From Polaromonas sp. (lineage in GTDB: Bacteria > Pseudomonadota > Gammaproteobacteria > Burkholderiales > Burkholderiaceae_C): a stretch of DNA of 64,000 nt. The DNA lies in NCBI RefSeq assembly GCF_035638815.1, contig NZ_DASQZG010000005.1:11613-75612 (forward strand), written 5' to 3'. Position numbers and translations under genes: made by a program. The notes under the pieces are model-generated. The model was not told the DNA's origin. It ran no database searches and was given only the letters and a program-made list of their open reading frames with translations. This document shows, piece after piece, positions 1-10,352 of this stretch. The stretch's first letter is position 1. The number at the start of each line of letters is the position of its first letter.

Positions 1-1229
1 AGGTGCCGTACGGAGCCATCCTGGCGGTCAAGGCTGACCAGACCATCAAGGCTGGCGCCATTTTGGCTAACTGGGACCCGCTGACCCGACCCATCATTAC
101 CGAGTTTGCAGGCAAAACCCTGTTCGAGAATGTTGAAGAAGGCGTGACAGTTGCCAAGCAGCTCGACGAGGTGACCGGTCTGTCCACCCTGGTGGTGATC
201 GATCCGAAACGCCGCGGCGCGACCAAGGTGATTCGTCCGCAGGTCAAGCTGATTGATGCATCCGGCAATGAAGTCAAGATTCCCGGCACGGATCACTCGG
301 TGACGATTGGCTTCCAGGTGGGTGCGCTGGTTCAGGTGCGTGACGGTCAGGATGTGGGCCCAGGCGAAGTGTTGGCACGTATTCCGGTCGAAGGCCAGAA
401 GACGCGAGACATCACCGGTGGTCTGCCACGTGTGGCCGAGCTGTTTGAGGCCCGTACCCCGAAAGACAAGGGCACACTGGCCGAAATGACCGGTACCGTG
501 TCGTTTGGTAAAGAGACCAAAGGCAAGGTTCGCCTGCAGATCACTGATCCTGATGGCAAAGTCTGGGAAGACCTCGTGCCAAAAGAGAAAAACATCCTGG
601 TGCATGAAGGCCAAGTTGTGAACAAGGGCGAGAGCATTGTGGACGGCCCTGCCGACCCACAGGACATTCTGCGTTTGCTGGGCATGGAAGAGCTGGCTCG
701 CTACATCGTCGACGAAGTGCAGGACGTTTACCGCTTGCAGGGCGTGAAGATCAACGACAAGCACATTGAAGTGATTGTTCGCCAGATGCTGCGCCGTGTC
801 GTTGTTGAAAGCGTGGGGGACTCCAGCTACATCGCTGGTGAACAGGTCGAGCGTTCAGTCATTCTGGATGCCAACGACGCCTTGCGCGGTGAAGACAAGA
901 TTCCCGCAACCTTCAGCAACCTGTTGCTTGGTATCACCAAGGCATCGCTGTCGACCGACTCGTTCATTTCTGCGGCTTCCTTCCAGGAAACCACCCGCGT
1001 GCTCACCGAGGCTGCCATCATGGGCAAGCGCGACGAGTTGCGTGGTCTGAAAGAAAACGTGATCGTCGGCCGTCTGATCCCTGCCGGTACCGGCATGGCT
1101 TACCACGAAGCCCGCAAAGCCAAGGACCTGATGGACGACGCCGAGCGCCGTGCCATCGCCGAGGCGGAAGCAGCCGAGCTGGAAGCCCAGCCAGAAGCAG
1201 CCAGCAGCGAAGGTGCTGCCAGCGAATAA
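1..1229 (+). CDS. rpoC: DNA-directed RNA polymerase beta-prime subunit, C-terminal ~408 codons (5' end upstream of window)
   Basis: ORF open to window edge. Conserved beta-prime C-terminal blocks: [61 protein letters not shown]. Followed by a strong intrinsic terminator. Confidence 0.95.
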   Translation, partial: VPYGAILAVKADQTIKAGAILANWDPLTRPIITEFAGKTLFENVEEGVTVAKQLDEVTGLSTLVVIDPKRRGATKVIRPQVKLIDASGNEVKIPGTDHSVTIGFQVGALVQVRDGQDVGPGEVLARIPVEGQKTRDITGGLPRVAELFEARTPKDKGTLAEMTGTVSFGKETKGKVRLQITDPDGKVWEDLVPKEKNILVHEGQVVNKGESIVDGPADPQDILRLLGMEELARYIVDEVQDVYRLQGVKINDKHIEVIVRQMLRRVVVESVGDSSYIAGEQVERSVILDANDALRGEDKIPATFSNLLLGITKASLSTDSFISAASFQETTRVLTEAAIMGKRDELRGLKENVIVGRLIPAGTGMAYHEARKAKDLMDDAERRAIAEAEAAELEAQPEAASSEGAASE

Positions 1230-1258
1230 GCTGCCAGTATCCGCTATAAAAAGCATAG

Positions 1259-1296
1259 CGCCTCACGCCCGATTTAAAAGGGCGTGAGGCGTTTTT
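1259..1296 (+). terminator. rho-independent terminator after rpoC
   Basis: 12-bp perfect stem cgcctcacgccc/gggcgtgaggcg, 9-nt loop, then TTTTT. Starts 30 nt after the rpoC stop. Confidence 0.85.
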
Positions 1297-1419
1297 CGTT
1301 GTGAAGATGACGACGGCGCATCGAATGGAAGCGTCAGGCGCTGTACATTGCCCCGCCTTGTCGGCTACAGTCGCCGGAGCCGGCTGGCACCCCGCCGCAG
1401 CTTATGGAAAGAAGGTTTT

Positions 1420-2013
1420 ATGTCCACCACTTCTCTGGTTCTGATTGCCGTGTCTGCCTTGCTGCTGTTTTGGGCAGTCGGTGCGTACAACCGGCTCGTG
1501 CGCCTGAAAAACGTGATCGCCAACGCTTTCGGGCAGATCGATGTGCAGCTCAAACGCCGTTATGACCTGATTCCCAATCTGGTCGAAGCCGCCAAAAAGT
1601 ATCTGCAACATGAACGCGAAACGCTGGAGGCGGTGATCGCCGCGCGCAATCAGGCGCGTACCGCGAGCGATGCTGCACGAAGCCGGCCGACGGGTGCGTC
1701 CGAGGTCATGGCGCTGGCGGTCGCCGAGCAGGCGCTGAGCGGAAGTCTGGCGCGCCTCTTTGCCGTCGCCGAAGCTTATCCCGAGCTCAAGGCCGACGAC
1801 ACCATCCGCGAGCTCAGCGAAGAGCTGACCAGTACCGAGAACAAGGTGGCTTTTGCGCGGCAGGCTTATAACGACGCGGTGCTCGACTACAACAACGCGC
1901 AGGGGCAATTTCCGCCTGTGCTGATTGCGCGCCTGTTTGGCTTTGCGCCTTCTGCCATGCTGCAGGCAACACAAAGCCCCGCGGAACGCGAGGCGGTTCG
2001 GATCCAGATGTAG
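1420..2013 (+). CDS. lemA: LemA family membrane protein
   Basis: ATG 1420 preceded by GGAAAGAAGG. N-terminal TM helix, then LemA-type blocks (GAYNRLVRLKN, IDVQLKRRYDLIPNLVE, AYPELKA). The Arg-rich upstream extension from 1348 is rejected. Confidence 0.85.
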   Translation: MSTTSLVLIAVSALLLFWAVGAYNRLVRLKNVIANAFGQIDVQLKRRYDLIPNLVEAAKKYLQHERETLEAVIAARNQARTASDAARSRPTGASEVMALAVAEQALSGSLARLFAVAEAYPELKADDTIRELSEELTSTENKVAFARQAYNDAVLDYNNAQGQFPPVLIARLFGFAPSAMLQATQSPAEREAVRIQM

Positions 2014-2021
2014 AGAATGTG

Positions 2022-2188
2022 GCCCCCACGGTCGCTCACTTCGTGTAGCTCCCTGCACCTTGCAGGCCGCCGCTCGCCAGAGGCTTCGCTTCTGGCGCCT
2101 GTCCGAACCTGCTCAAGCAGGCTCGGAGCCGCAGGCGCCAGCCCCGAGGGGGCCGCTGCGCCTGCGACCCGGCGGAGCCGGTTCCGCG
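2022..2188 (+). repeat. GC-rich intergenic repeat, copy A (modules 2022-2056 and 2142-2188 split by an 85-nt insert)
   Basis: gcccccacggtcgctcacttcgtgtagctccctgc and ccccgagggggccgctgcgcctgcgacccggcggagccggttccgcg recur near-identically in reverse complement at 5054-5137. Confidence 0.8.
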
Positions 2189-2257
2189 TCCCCGGCTGGT
2201 TTGAATACAAGAATCCCACGCTTGTCGCTTTGCCTCTTTCGCCTAACCAAGTTCAAT

Positions 2258-3259
2258 ATGCGATTCTTTGAACAACAGGAGAGTGCTCGCGCACAGACTC
2301 GCCACTTGCTGCTGCTGTTTGGCGTGGCAGTCGTGCTTCTGGTGCTGGCCGTGAACGCGAGCCTGGCGTTGACCTGGCGGCTGGTCACGCCGGGCTTCAG
2401 CGGATACCCAGCTTACTTCTTTCACGTCAATACCATCATGACGCTGGTCTTTGTGTTGGGCGGCTGGTGGATGGAGACGTCCAACCTTACCGGTGGTGGC
2501 GAAAAGCTGGCGCGCCGTGTTGGCGCCCGTGAAGCCTGGCCGTCGGTGCGCCTTGAGGAGCAAAAGCTTTGGAACATTGCCAGTGAACTGGCCATTGCCG
2601 CCAGCATGTCTGTTCCCCGGGTCATGGTGCTGGACCGGGCGGGCAGCATCAACGCTTTTGCTGCGGGATGGGATGAGGACGACTCCATCATTGCCGTGAC
2701 ACGCGGCGCGCTCGACCATCTGACCCGTGACGAGCTGCAAGGCCTGGTGGCGCATGAGCTAAGCCACATCCGTGAGGGCGACACGCGCCTGAACATGCGT
2801 CTGGCGGGCATGGTCTTCGGACTTGAGATGATTTTTAATCTTGGCGTCACCATGTGCGAGCGCGGTTCAAACGGTCAACGCAGCTTTCTTGCTTTGCCGG
2901 GGGTAGCCATCGTGGCTGTGGGTTTTCTCGGCTGGGTGGCGGGGCGGGCGCTCAAGGCTGCTGTGTCGCGCCAGCGCGAGTTTCTGGCTGATGCACGTGC
3001 TGTTCAGTTCACCCGCAGCAAGGATGGGCTGGGTGGTGTGCTGCGCAAGGTTGCCAGCCAGCAGGGCACAGACCCAACGCCAAGCTTTCACTCCGCTGTG
3101 CAGCACATGCTGCTGGTTGGGCGGGATGCCAAGCCCCACTGGTTTGACTCGCACCCACCGCTGGCCGAGCGGATACGCCGCATCTATGGTCGCCCGATGT
3201 CGGCGCTGGCGGTGAAGAGGGATGAATTGTTTCCAACTCAGCCGGGTGCCCTGCTTTAA
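2258..3259 (+). CDS. M48 family (HtpX-like) zinc metallopeptidase
   Basis: ATG 2258. N-terminal TM helices, HELSHI (HExxH) motif, further hydrophobic segments. lemA-M48 peptidase adjacency is common. The ORF-track start at 1925 runs through the intergenic repeat and is rejected. Confidence 0.85.
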   Translation: MRFFEQQESARAQTRHLLLLFGVAVVLLVLAVNASLALTWRLVTPGFSGYPAYFFHVNTIMTLVFVLGGWWMETSNLTGGGEKLARRVGAREAWPSVRLEEQKLWNIASELAIAASMSVPRVMVLDRAGSINAFAAGWDEDDSIIAVTRGALDHLTRDELQGLVAHELSHIREGDTRLNMRLAGMVFGLEMIFNLGVTMCERGSNGQRSFLALPGVAIVAVGFLGWVAGRALKAAVSRQREFLADARAVQFTRSKDGLGGVLRKVASQQGTDPTPSFHSAVQHMLLVGRDAKPHWFDSHPPLAERIRRIYGRPMSALAVKRDELFPTQPGALL

Positions 3260-3388
3260 GTGCATAAGCACATCACGATTGATTTGAAGGCGGCCGTTCC
3301 ACCACGCGCCGAAGTACTGGATACTCCCTATGGCTCGCCTTCCGTGGCGCGTTAAATTGACAATTTGTAAAAACCGCGAGGAGACGCT

Positions 3389-3721
3389 GTGAAGATAAAA
3401 AATCCCGTACCGAAGTTGGCCTTCCTGTTGGCCATCACAGCGTCATCGCTGGCCCACGCGCAAAGCAATGCGTCGCAGCAAACGCTCTACACCCGCAGCC
3501 TGGCTGCCACTTGCGCCAATTGCCACGGCACCGATGGCCGGGCTGTGCAGGGCTCCGCGGTGATCTCTCTGGCGGGTATGGATCGAAGCTATCTCGCGAC
3601 CCAGCTCAAGGCCTTCAAGTCCGGCGCCCGGCCAGCTACCGTGATGCACCAAATCAGCAAGGGGTATAGCGACGCGCAGATCGAGACGCTTGCTGACTAC
3701 TTTGCCGCACAAAAGAAATAA
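3389..3721 (+). CDS. monohaem c-type cytochrome (flavocytochrome c small subunit-like)
   Basis: GTG start after GAGGAG. Signal peptide ending AHA-Q, single CANCH haem-binding motif. Ends 12 nt before the FccB-like gene. Confidence 0.8.
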   Translation: MKIKNPVPKLAFLLAITASSLAHAQSNASQQTLYTRSLAATCANCHGTDGRAVQGSAVISLAGMDRSYLATQLKAFKSGARPATVMHQISKGYSDAQIETLADYFAAQKK

Positions 3722-3732
3722 GGAGAAATTCA

Positions 3733-5007
3733 ATGCAACGCCGTTCCTTTCTCCAGTCTTCTGCCGCCCTCAGCCTGCTGGGTTTGAGCGCCTGCGCTTC
3801 CATGAGCATTCCCGCCAAAGCCCGTGTGGTCGTGGTCGGTGGTGGTTACGGCGGCGCTACTGCCGCCAAATATGTGCGCCTGCTGTCGGACTACAAAATC
3901 GATGTGGTGCTGATCGAGCCCCAGGCCGCTTTTGTTTCATGCCCCATCTCCAACCTGGTGCTCAGCGGCGGCAAGCAGATTGCCGACGTCACCACGCCCT
4001 ACACCGGGCTGTCCAAAAATCATGGCGTGACAGTTGTGCGCGACATGGTCTCCTCCATTGACACTGCAAAACGGTTTGTCACCCTGGCTGGTGGATCCAC
4101 CATCGCTTACGACAAGCTGGTGGTGTCGCCGGGGGTTGACCTGATGTACAGCAGCATTGCCGGATTGCAAGAGGCCAATGCTGCGGGCCAGATTCTGCAA
4201 GCCTGGAAGGCCGGCGCTGAAACACTGGCGCTGCGCAAGCAGCTGGAAGCCATGCCCGACGGTGGTGTGTACGCCATCACCATTCCAGAGGCGCCTTACC
4301 GTTGCCCTCCCGGCCCTTATGAGCGGGCATCTGTCATTGCAGGTTATTTCAAGGCCTTCAAGCCGCGCAGCAAGGTGTTGATTCTGGACGCCAACCCCGA
4401 TGTCACCTCCAAGGGGCCGCTGTTCAAAAAAGTCTGGGCCGAACAATACAAAGGCATCGTCGAGTACCGGGGCCAGCACAAGGCCACCGCGGTGGATGCC
4501 AGGGCCGGCGTTATCAAGTTTGACGTGCAGGAAGATGTCAAAGCCAATGTGCTGAATGTGCTGCCTTCCATGCGCGCGGGCGCCATCGCCGTGCAGACGG
4601 GCTTGAACAACCTGGCCAACAACCGCTGGTGCGGCGTCAATTACCAGACCTTTGAATCCACTGTGGCTGCCAACGTGTTTGTGCTGGGTGACTCGATCCA
4701 GATCGCGCCCGGCATGCCCAAGAGCGGCCATATGGCCAACAACCATGGCAAAGTGGCTGCGGCGGCGATCGTGGCGCAGCTGTCAGGTTGGGATGTCAAC
4801 CCCGCTCCCATGCTCACCAACACCTGCTACAGCTTCGTGGACAACAAAAACGTGGTCCACGTGGCGAGCGTGCATGAGTACGTGGCGGCAGAGAAAACCT
4901 TCAAGACCGTGGCCGGTTCGGGCGGCGTCAGTGTCGGGCCGACAGAGCTTGAAGGCACCTATGCGCTGAGCTGGGCGAGCAATATCTGGGCTGATAGCCT
5001 GATCTGA
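3733..5007 (+). CDS. fccB: flavocytochrome c sulfide dehydrogenase flavoprotein subunit
   Basis: Tat-type signal (QRRSFLQSSA), FAD Rossmann motif VVVVGGGYGGATAAKY. Length and cytochrome partner fit FCSD/FccB. Confidence 0.85.
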   Translation: MQRRSFLQSSAALSLLGLSACASMSIPAKARVVVVGGGYGGATAAKYVRLLSDYKIDVVLIEPQAAFVSCPISNLVLSGGKQIADVTTPYTGLSKNHGVTVVRDMVSSIDTAKRFVTLAGGSTIAYDKLVVSPGVDLMYSSIAGLQEANAAGQILQAWKAGAETLALRKQLEAMPDGGVYAITIPEAPYRCPPGPYERASVIAGYFKAFKPRSKVLILDANPDVTSKGPLFKKVWAEQYKGIVEYRGQHKATAVDARAGVIKFDVQEDVKANVLNVLPSMRAGAIAVQTGLNNLANNRWCGVNYQTFESTVAANVFVLGDSIQIAPGMPKSGHMANNHGKVAAAAIVAQLSGWDVNPAPMLTNTCYSFVDNKNVVHVASVHEYVAAEKTFKTVAGSGGVSVGPTELEGTYALSWASNIWADSLI

Positions 5008-5053
5008 ACTACCGGCGACGTTCCGCGTCCGATCCCGAATTGCAAGCAGGGGC

Positions 5054-5137
5054 CGCGGAACCGGCTCTGCCGGGCCGCAGGCGCAGCGGCCCCCTCGGGG
5101 GGGCAGGGAGCTACACGCAGTGAGCGACCGTGGGGGC
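5054..5137 (-). repeat. GC-rich intergenic repeat, copy B (inverted relative to copy A)
   Basis: The reverse complement matches both modules of copy A with a few mismatches and lacks the 85-nt insert. Confidence 0.8.
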
Positions 5138-5149
5138 TAACATACCTCC

Positions 5150-6481
5150 ATGCAAGACAACCCCAACCAAATCCCCCTGTGGCGCCAGCTTCAGGGGGCT
5201 GCTTTTTTATTAATGGCCGTCCGCGCGGGCCGCTCCATGACGGCTGCGCTGGAGGACGTTGACACGTCCATCCGGCCGGGCGTGCAGGCGCTGGGTTTTC
5301 ATGCCCTGCGTCATCTCGGCCGGGCCGAAGCGCTCCGCCAGCAACTCGCCAGCCGGCCCCCGCCCCCAGAGGCTGACGCCTTGCTTTGCGTGGCCCTGGC
5401 GCTGATCTGGATGGAGGAGGGTGCGCCCTACACCGTTCATACCCTGGTTGATCAGGCGGTGGAAGCCGCCAAAAACAGCGAAGAAACGCGGCATCAGGCC
5501 AGCTTTATCAATGGTTGTCTGCGGCGCTTTTTGCGCGAGCGCGATGCGCTGGTTGCCGTCACCGAGAGGCATCCCCAGGCGGTGTGGAACCACCCGCAAT
5601 GGTGGATAGACCGGCTGCGCAAGGACCACCCCGGGCATTGGCAGGCCATCCTGCACGCCAACAACACCCGGGCACCGCTTATCCTGCGTATTAATAAACG
5701 AAAAACGACTTCTGCCCAATATTTACGGGCGCTGTCAGCTATGAATATAGGAGCATCTGCCGCTGGTGAACATGGCGTCGTGCTGGCCCATGCGCAGTCT
5801 GTACCGTCCCTGCCTGGCTACGCGGAGGGGCAATTTTCAGTCCAGGATGCGGCCGCGCAGCTCGCCGCGCCTTTGCTGCTTGCCGGGCTCGCTGCTGGCG
5901 ATGGCGGTCGCCTCAGGGTCCTCGATGCCTGCGCCGCGCCGGGTGGCAAAACCGCCCATTTGCTGGAGCGGGCTGATTGCGATGTGACCGCACTCGACAT
6001 TGATGCACGCCGCTGCGAGCGCATTGGGCAGAACCTGCAGCGGCTCGGCCTGCAGGCCAATGTGCGGGTGGGTGACGCCGCCAGCCCTGCCGGCTGGTGG
6101 GACGGGCGCCCCTATGACGCCATTTTGCTCGACGCGCCCTGTACCGCGTCGGGCATCGTGCGCCGCCACCCGGACGTGCGCTGGCTGCGCCGGCCAACGG
6201 ACATCGCGCAGCTGGCCGCTCTGCAGCTGAAGCTGCTGGAGGCGCTGTGGCCCCTGGTCAAGCCGGGTGGCAGGCTGCTTTACTGCACCTGCTCGGTTTT
6301 CCGGGCTGAGGGCGAGCAGCAGGCTCAAACGTTTGTTACACACCACAAAGATGCCTCTTTGATGCCATCACCCGGTCATTTACTGCCTCAAAGTGGCAGT
6401 GGGGAGACTGACTTCCCGGACAATTTGAAGGGTGAGCACGACGGGTTTTATTACGCACTTTTTGAAAAAAGCAAGGCTTGA
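5150..6481 (+). CDS. rsmB: 16S rRNA (cytosine967-C5)-methyltransferase
   Basis: NusB-like N-terminal half. SAM-MTase half with LDACAAPGGKT, DAPCTASG and CTCS catalytic-cysteine motifs. Confidence 0.9.
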   Translation: MQDNPNQIPLWRQLQGAAFLLMAVRAGRSMTAALEDVDTSIRPGVQALGFHALRHLGRAEALRQQLASRPPPPEADALLCVALALIWMEEGAPYTVHTLVDQAVEAAKNSEETRHQASFINGCLRRFLRERDALVAVTERHPQAVWNHPQWWIDRLRKDHPGHWQAILHANNTRAPLILRINKRKTTSAQYLRALSAMNIGASAAGEHGVVLAHAQSVPSLPGYAEGQFSVQDAAAQLAAPLLLAGLAAGDGGRLRVLDACAAPGGKTAHLLERADCDVTALDIDARRCERIGQNLQRLGLQANVRVGDAASPAGWWDGRPYDAILLDAPCTASGIVRRHPDVRWLRRPTDIAQLAALQLKLLEALWPLVKPGGRLLYCTCSVFRAEGEQQAQTFVTHHKDASLMPSPGHLLPQSGSGETDFPDNLKGEHDGFYYALFEKSKA

Positions 6482-6488
6482 CGCAGTG

Positions 6489-7118
6489 ATGCGGCGTGCG
6501 TGGGCGTTTTGCCTGTGCCTGTTGTTGGTCTATGCCAGCCCGGCACTGGCCGCAGATGTCAGCCAGATGAAGCTGGAGCGGTCTGAAGACACGGTTTTCC
6601 TCTCGGCCAGCGTCAAGTTCGACTTGCCCCCGGTGGTGGAGGACGCACTTCTCAAGGGCATTCCGCTGTTTTTTGTGGCTGAGGCCGACATCTACCGCGA
6701 CCGCTGGTACTGGTATGACAAACGCGTCACCACGGCCACACGTACCCTGCGACTGGCCTACCAGCCGCTCACGCGGCGCTGGCGCCTCAATGTGATGTCG
6801 GGCGCCATCAGCGTGACCGGCCTGCGAGCATCCCTCAGCCAGAGTTATGACAGCCTGCCTGAAGCCCTTGCGTCGATTCAGCGCATTTCCCGCTGGCGTA
6901 TCGCCGACGCGGCAGAAATTGAGTCTGACGCCAGGCACAACGTCCAGTTCCGTTTCCGGCTGGACTTATCCCAGCTACCGCGTCCCTTCCAGATTGGAGT
7001 TGCGGGTCAGAAGGACTGGGCTGTGTCGATCGAGGAGACCCGCCAATTGGTGGCAGAGCCCATACGCGAGGCTTCTAAAGATCCAGGCAAAGACCCAGTC
7101 CCAGAGGTCTCCAAGTGA
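6489..7118 (+). CDS. DUF4390 domain protein (periplasmic)
   Basis: ATG 6489 gives a signal peptide (CLCLLLVYASPALA-A). Conserved position between rsmB and the sensor kinase in Burkholderiales. Confidence 0.7.
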   Translation: MRRAWAFCLCLLLVYASPALAADVSQMKLERSEDTVFLSASVKFDLPPVVEDALLKGIPLFFVAEADIYRDRWYWYDKRVTTATRTLRLAYQPLTRRWRLNVMSGAISVTGLRASLSQSYDSLPEALASIQRISRWRIADAAEIESDARHNVQFRFRLDLSQLPRPFQIGVAGQKDWAVSIEETRQLVAEPIREASKDPGKDPVPEVSK

Positions 7119-9403
7119 GCCTGAAGGGCGGCGTCTCGGGGCTAAAAAGCAGCCCGGCCTTCCGCTGGACGGTGGGCGTCGGCATCGGAATCATGGCGGC
7201 ACTGGGCCTGGTGCTGCTGTTTTTGCTGACCCAAGCCACCGGCAACCGCGAGCTGTACGAACAAAATTACGTCCGCCTTTTTGCGCTGAACGTGGCTGTG
7301 GCGGGCTTGCTGCTCATGGTCATTGGCTGGATTGTGTTTCGCCTCATCGTGCGGTTGCGCAAAGGCAAGTTTGGCAGTCGTCTGCTGGTCAAGCTGGCCG
7401 CCATCTTTGCGCTGGTGGGCTTGCTGCCCGGCATGATGATTTATGTGGTGTCCTATCAGTTTGTATCCCGCTCCATCGAGAGCTGGTTTGACGTCAAGGT
7501 GGAGGGCGCGCTGGACGCCGGGCTTAATTTGGGCCGCGTGACACTGGATACGCTGGCGACCGAGCTCTCCAACAAAACCCGGGTGGCCGCAGGGCAGCTG
7601 ACCCAGACCTCTGACGCCTCCGCCGGACTCGCGCTTGAGCGCTTGCGCGAGCAGCTCTCTGTCAGCGACGTGGTGCTGTGGACCGCATCGGGGCAGATGA
7701 TTGCCAGTGCTGGCGACTCACGGTATTCCCTCAAGCCCGAGCGACCGCCGGCGCAGCTGCTTCGCACGGCACGCACGCAGCGCGTCGCCACCCAGATTGA
7801 GGGCCTGGACGAGGTCACCTTGCCGGGGGCTGAAGGCGCCAGCGGGGGAGCGGGCATCACAGGCGCACCTGCTACGGTGCCGCGCATCAAGGCGCTGGCG
7901 CTGATCAACAACCCCAGCGTCGGCCTTCTTGGTGAAAGCCGGTTTCTGCAAGTCACTGAAGTTTTGCCAGCCAGCCTGGTTGCCAATGCCATCGCGGTGC
8001 AAGAGGCCAACCGCGAATACCAGGAGCGCGCGCTGGCCCGGGGCGGCCTGCGCAAAATGTACATAGGCACACTCACGCTCAGTTTGTTCCTGGCGGTGTT
8101 TGGCGCGGTGCTGTTGGCGGTGTTGCTGGGCAATCAGTTGGCCAAGCCTTTGCTGGTGCTGGCAGAAGGCGTGAAGCAGGTGGCCCAGGGCGACTTGACC
8201 CCCAAGGCGGCCCTGCAGGGCAAAGACGAACTGGGTGGCCTGACGCGCTCGTTTGCTGTCATGACCCAGCAGCTGTCCGATGCCCGCGGTGCCGTACAAA
8301 AGAGCATGGACCAGGTAGACGCCGCCCGCGCCAACCTGCAGACCATTCTGGACAACCTGACCGCTGGTGTTATGGTGCTGGACCTCAAAGGCCGCATCCA
8401 GACGAGCAACCCCGGCGCCACCCGAATCCTGCGCGCACCCCTGGCAGCGCATCATGGTCAGCTTCTTAGTGAGGTCCCCGGTCTGGAGGTTTTTGCGCAA
8501 GGCGTGCAGACCCAGTTTGACACCTACTTCGGCGAAAACCAGCAGCACGACATTGAACACTGGCAGCAGTCGTTTGAACTCAATGCGGCGCAACCGGGTG
8601 CGCCTGACAACGCCATCACACTGATTGCCCGGGGCGCAAAAATGCCGGGCAACGAATGCCTGCTGGTGTTTGACGATGTGTCCGAAATGGTGTCGGCCCA
8701 GCGTGCCCAGGCTTGGGGCGAAGTGGCGCGCCGCCTTGCCCACGAAATCAAAAACCCGCTCACGCCTATTCAACTCTCGGCTGAACGGCTGGAGATGAAG
8801 CTTACCGGCAAGGTGGGTGAGACCGAGCAAATCCTGCTGACCAAATCCGTCAAAACCATTGTTGACCAGGTCGATGCGATGAAGCGGCTGGTGAATGAGT
8901 TTCGCGATTACGCCCGTTTGCCCGCCGCAGAACTCAAGCCGCTGGACCTGAACGCACTCGTCAACGATGTGATTCAGCTTTATGCCAGCGACAACGCCGT
9001 GGTGCCGGTGCATACCGAGCTTGATGCCAATGCGCCGCATATCAAAGGGGACGACCAGCAAATCCGGCAGGTCATTCACAACTTGTTGCAAAACGCTCAA
9101 GATGCACAAGACGGCATTTCTCCAGACCATAAAGGCGTGGTGACGCTGCGGACCGAGTACTCGCCAACCTCGCGTCGGGTGCGCCTGATCGTGCGCGATA
9201 ACGGCACCGGCTTCCCCGAGCACATCCTGAAACGGGCCTTTGAGCCCTACGTGACCACCAAGGTCAAGGGCACTGGACTGGGCCTAGCCGTCGTCAAAAA
9301 AATCGCCGATGAGCACGGCGCCCGCATCGATATTTCAAACCGGGTCGTGGATGGCGCCGTGAAAGGGGCTCAAGTGTCGTTATCATTCGCGGTGGTAACT
9401 TGA
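7115..9403 (+). CDS. NtrY-like sensor histidine kinase (TM-HAMP-PAS-HisKA-HATPase)
   Basis: GTG start overlaps the upstream stop (GTGA). H-box LAHEIKNPLTPIQLSAERL; N/G boxes HNLLQNAQDA, RDNGTGF, GTGLGLAVVKKI. Confidence 0.85.
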   Translation: MSLKGGVSGLKSSPAFRWTVGVGIGIMAALGLVLLFLLTQATGNRELYEQNYVRLFALNVAVAGLLLMVIGWIVFRLIVRLRKGKFGSRLLVKLAAIFALVGLLPGMMIYVVSYQFVSRSIESWFDVKVEGALDAGLNLGRVTLDTLATELSNKTRVAAGQLTQTSDASAGLALERLREQLSVSDVVLWTASGQMIASAGDSRYSLKPERPPAQLLRTARTQRVATQIEGLDEVTLPGAEGASGGAGITGAPATVPRIKALALINNPSVGLLGESRFLQVTEVLPASLVANAIAVQEANREYQERALARGGLRKMYIGTLTLSLFLAVFGAVLLAVLLGNQLAKPLLVLAEGVKQVAQGDLTPKAALQGKDELGGLTRSFAVMTQQLSDARGAVQKSMDQVDAARANLQTILDNLTAGVMVLDLKGRIQTSNPGATRILRAPLAAHHGQLLSEVPGLEVFAQGVQTQFDTYFGENQQHDIEHWQQSFELNAAQPGAPDNAITLIARGAKMPGNECLLVFDDVSEMVSAQRAQAWGEVARRLAHEIKNPLTPIQLSAERLEMKLTGKVGETEQILLTKSVKTIVDQVDAMKRLVNEFRDYARLPAAELKPLDLNALVNDVIQLYASDNAVVPVHTELDANAPHIKGDDQQIRQVIHNLLQNAQDAQDGISPDHKGVVTLRTEYSPTSRRVRLIVRDNGTGFPEHILKRAFEPYVTTKVKGTGLGLAVVKKIADEHGARIDISNRVVDGAVKGAQVSLSFAVVT

Positions 9404-9464
9404 CAACACTTGTGCGCGGCCCAGCCGCAGCAGGCCGGTAACTGGCGGGACTAACGATTCAATC

Positions 9465-10142
9465 ATGGCAAATATTCTGGTAGTCGACGACGAGCTCGGT
9501 ATACGCGACCTGCTTTCGGAAATTCTCAATGACGAGGGTCATCAGGTTGAGCTCGCAGAAAACGCAGCCCAGGCCCGCGCCGCCAGAGGCCGCGCCCGGC
9601 CCGACCTGGTATTGCTCGACATCTGGATGCCCGACACCGATGGTGTGAGCCTGCTCAAAGAGTGGTCCTCAGGCGGTTTGCTGACCATGCCGGTCATCAT
9701 GATGAGTGGCCACGCCACCATCGACACTGCCGTTGAAGCCACCAAGATCGGCGCCATGGCTTTTCTTGAAAAACCCATCACGCTGCAGAAACTGCTGAAA
9801 GCAGTTGAGCAGGGCCTGGTGAAATCAGCAGGCCGCAAACCAGTCGTCGTACCCACAGCAGTGCTGCACGCCGTCGACATGACCGTAGAAGCCGTCATGA
9901 CCAGCGGCGCCGTGCCTCTGCCAGTCGACTTGGGACCGCAACCCACTCAAAGCTTCTCGCTTGAAAAACCCCTGCGTGATGCGCGCGACGAATTTGAAAA
10001 AGCGTACTTCGAATTTCACCTGGCTAAAGAAGGTGGCTCCATGACCCGGGTGGCCGAAAAGACTGGCCTTGAGCGCACCCACCTGTACCGCAAGCTCAAG
10101 CAACTTGGCGTAGACCTGACCCGCGGCAAGCGCGCCGCCTGA
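9465..10142 (+). CDS. NtrX-like response regulator (receiver + Fis-type HTH, no AAA+ module)
   Basis: ILVVDDE...LVLLDIWMPDTDG receiver motifs. C-terminal HTH (MTRVAEKTGLERTHLYRKLKQLG). Confidence 0.85.
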   Translation: MANILVVDDELGIRDLLSEILNDEGHQVELAENAAQARAARGRARPDLVLLDIWMPDTDGVSLLKEWSSGGLLTMPVIMMSGHATIDTAVEATKIGAMAFLEKPITLQKLLKAVEQGLVKSAGRKPVVVPTAVLHAVDMTVEAVMTSGAVPLPVDLGPQPTQSFSLEKPLRDARDEFEKAYFEFHLAKEGGSMTRVAEKTGLERTHLYRKLKQLGVDLTRGKRAA

Positions 10143-10164
10143 TATATAATCGTGGGCTCAATAG

Positions 10165-10240
10165 GCCCGGTAGCTCAGTCGGTAGAGCAGAGGATTGAAA
10201 ATCCTTGTGTCGGTGGTTCGATTCCGCCCCAGGCCACCAT
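10165..10240 (+). tRNA. tRNA-Phe (GAA)
   Basis: 76-nt cloverleaf, near-identical to canonical bacterial tRNA-Phe. Anticodon loop ttGAAaa, T-loop ggttcgattcc, encoded CCA. Confidence 0.95.
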
Positions 10241-10352
10241 CTTTCTTTCTCAGTAGGTCCCGAGTCAGCTCACAAGTCTTTGTAGATCAAGGACTTAGCC
10301 TTAAACGGCGGCTCAAGCGGTATCACTGAATCCCAGAACGTCCCGTTCTTGC

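Noticed and set aside
1925-2257. N-terminal extension of the M48 peptidase ORF starting at 1925
   Set aside because: The extension runs through the intergenic GC-rich repeat and overlaps the lemA 3' end. ATG 2258 gives a normal TM-first N-terminus.
7718-9223. 501-aa minus-strand ORF inside the sensor kinase gene
   Set aside because: It is antisense to a kinase with complete H, N and G boxes, and shows no recognisable domain.
9465-10142. NtrX-like regulator lacking an AAA+ domain, considered as a truncated pseudogene
   Set aside because: The ORF is intact, with a complete receiver and HTH, and sits in a normal operon position after the kinase. It looks like a genuine short architecture.
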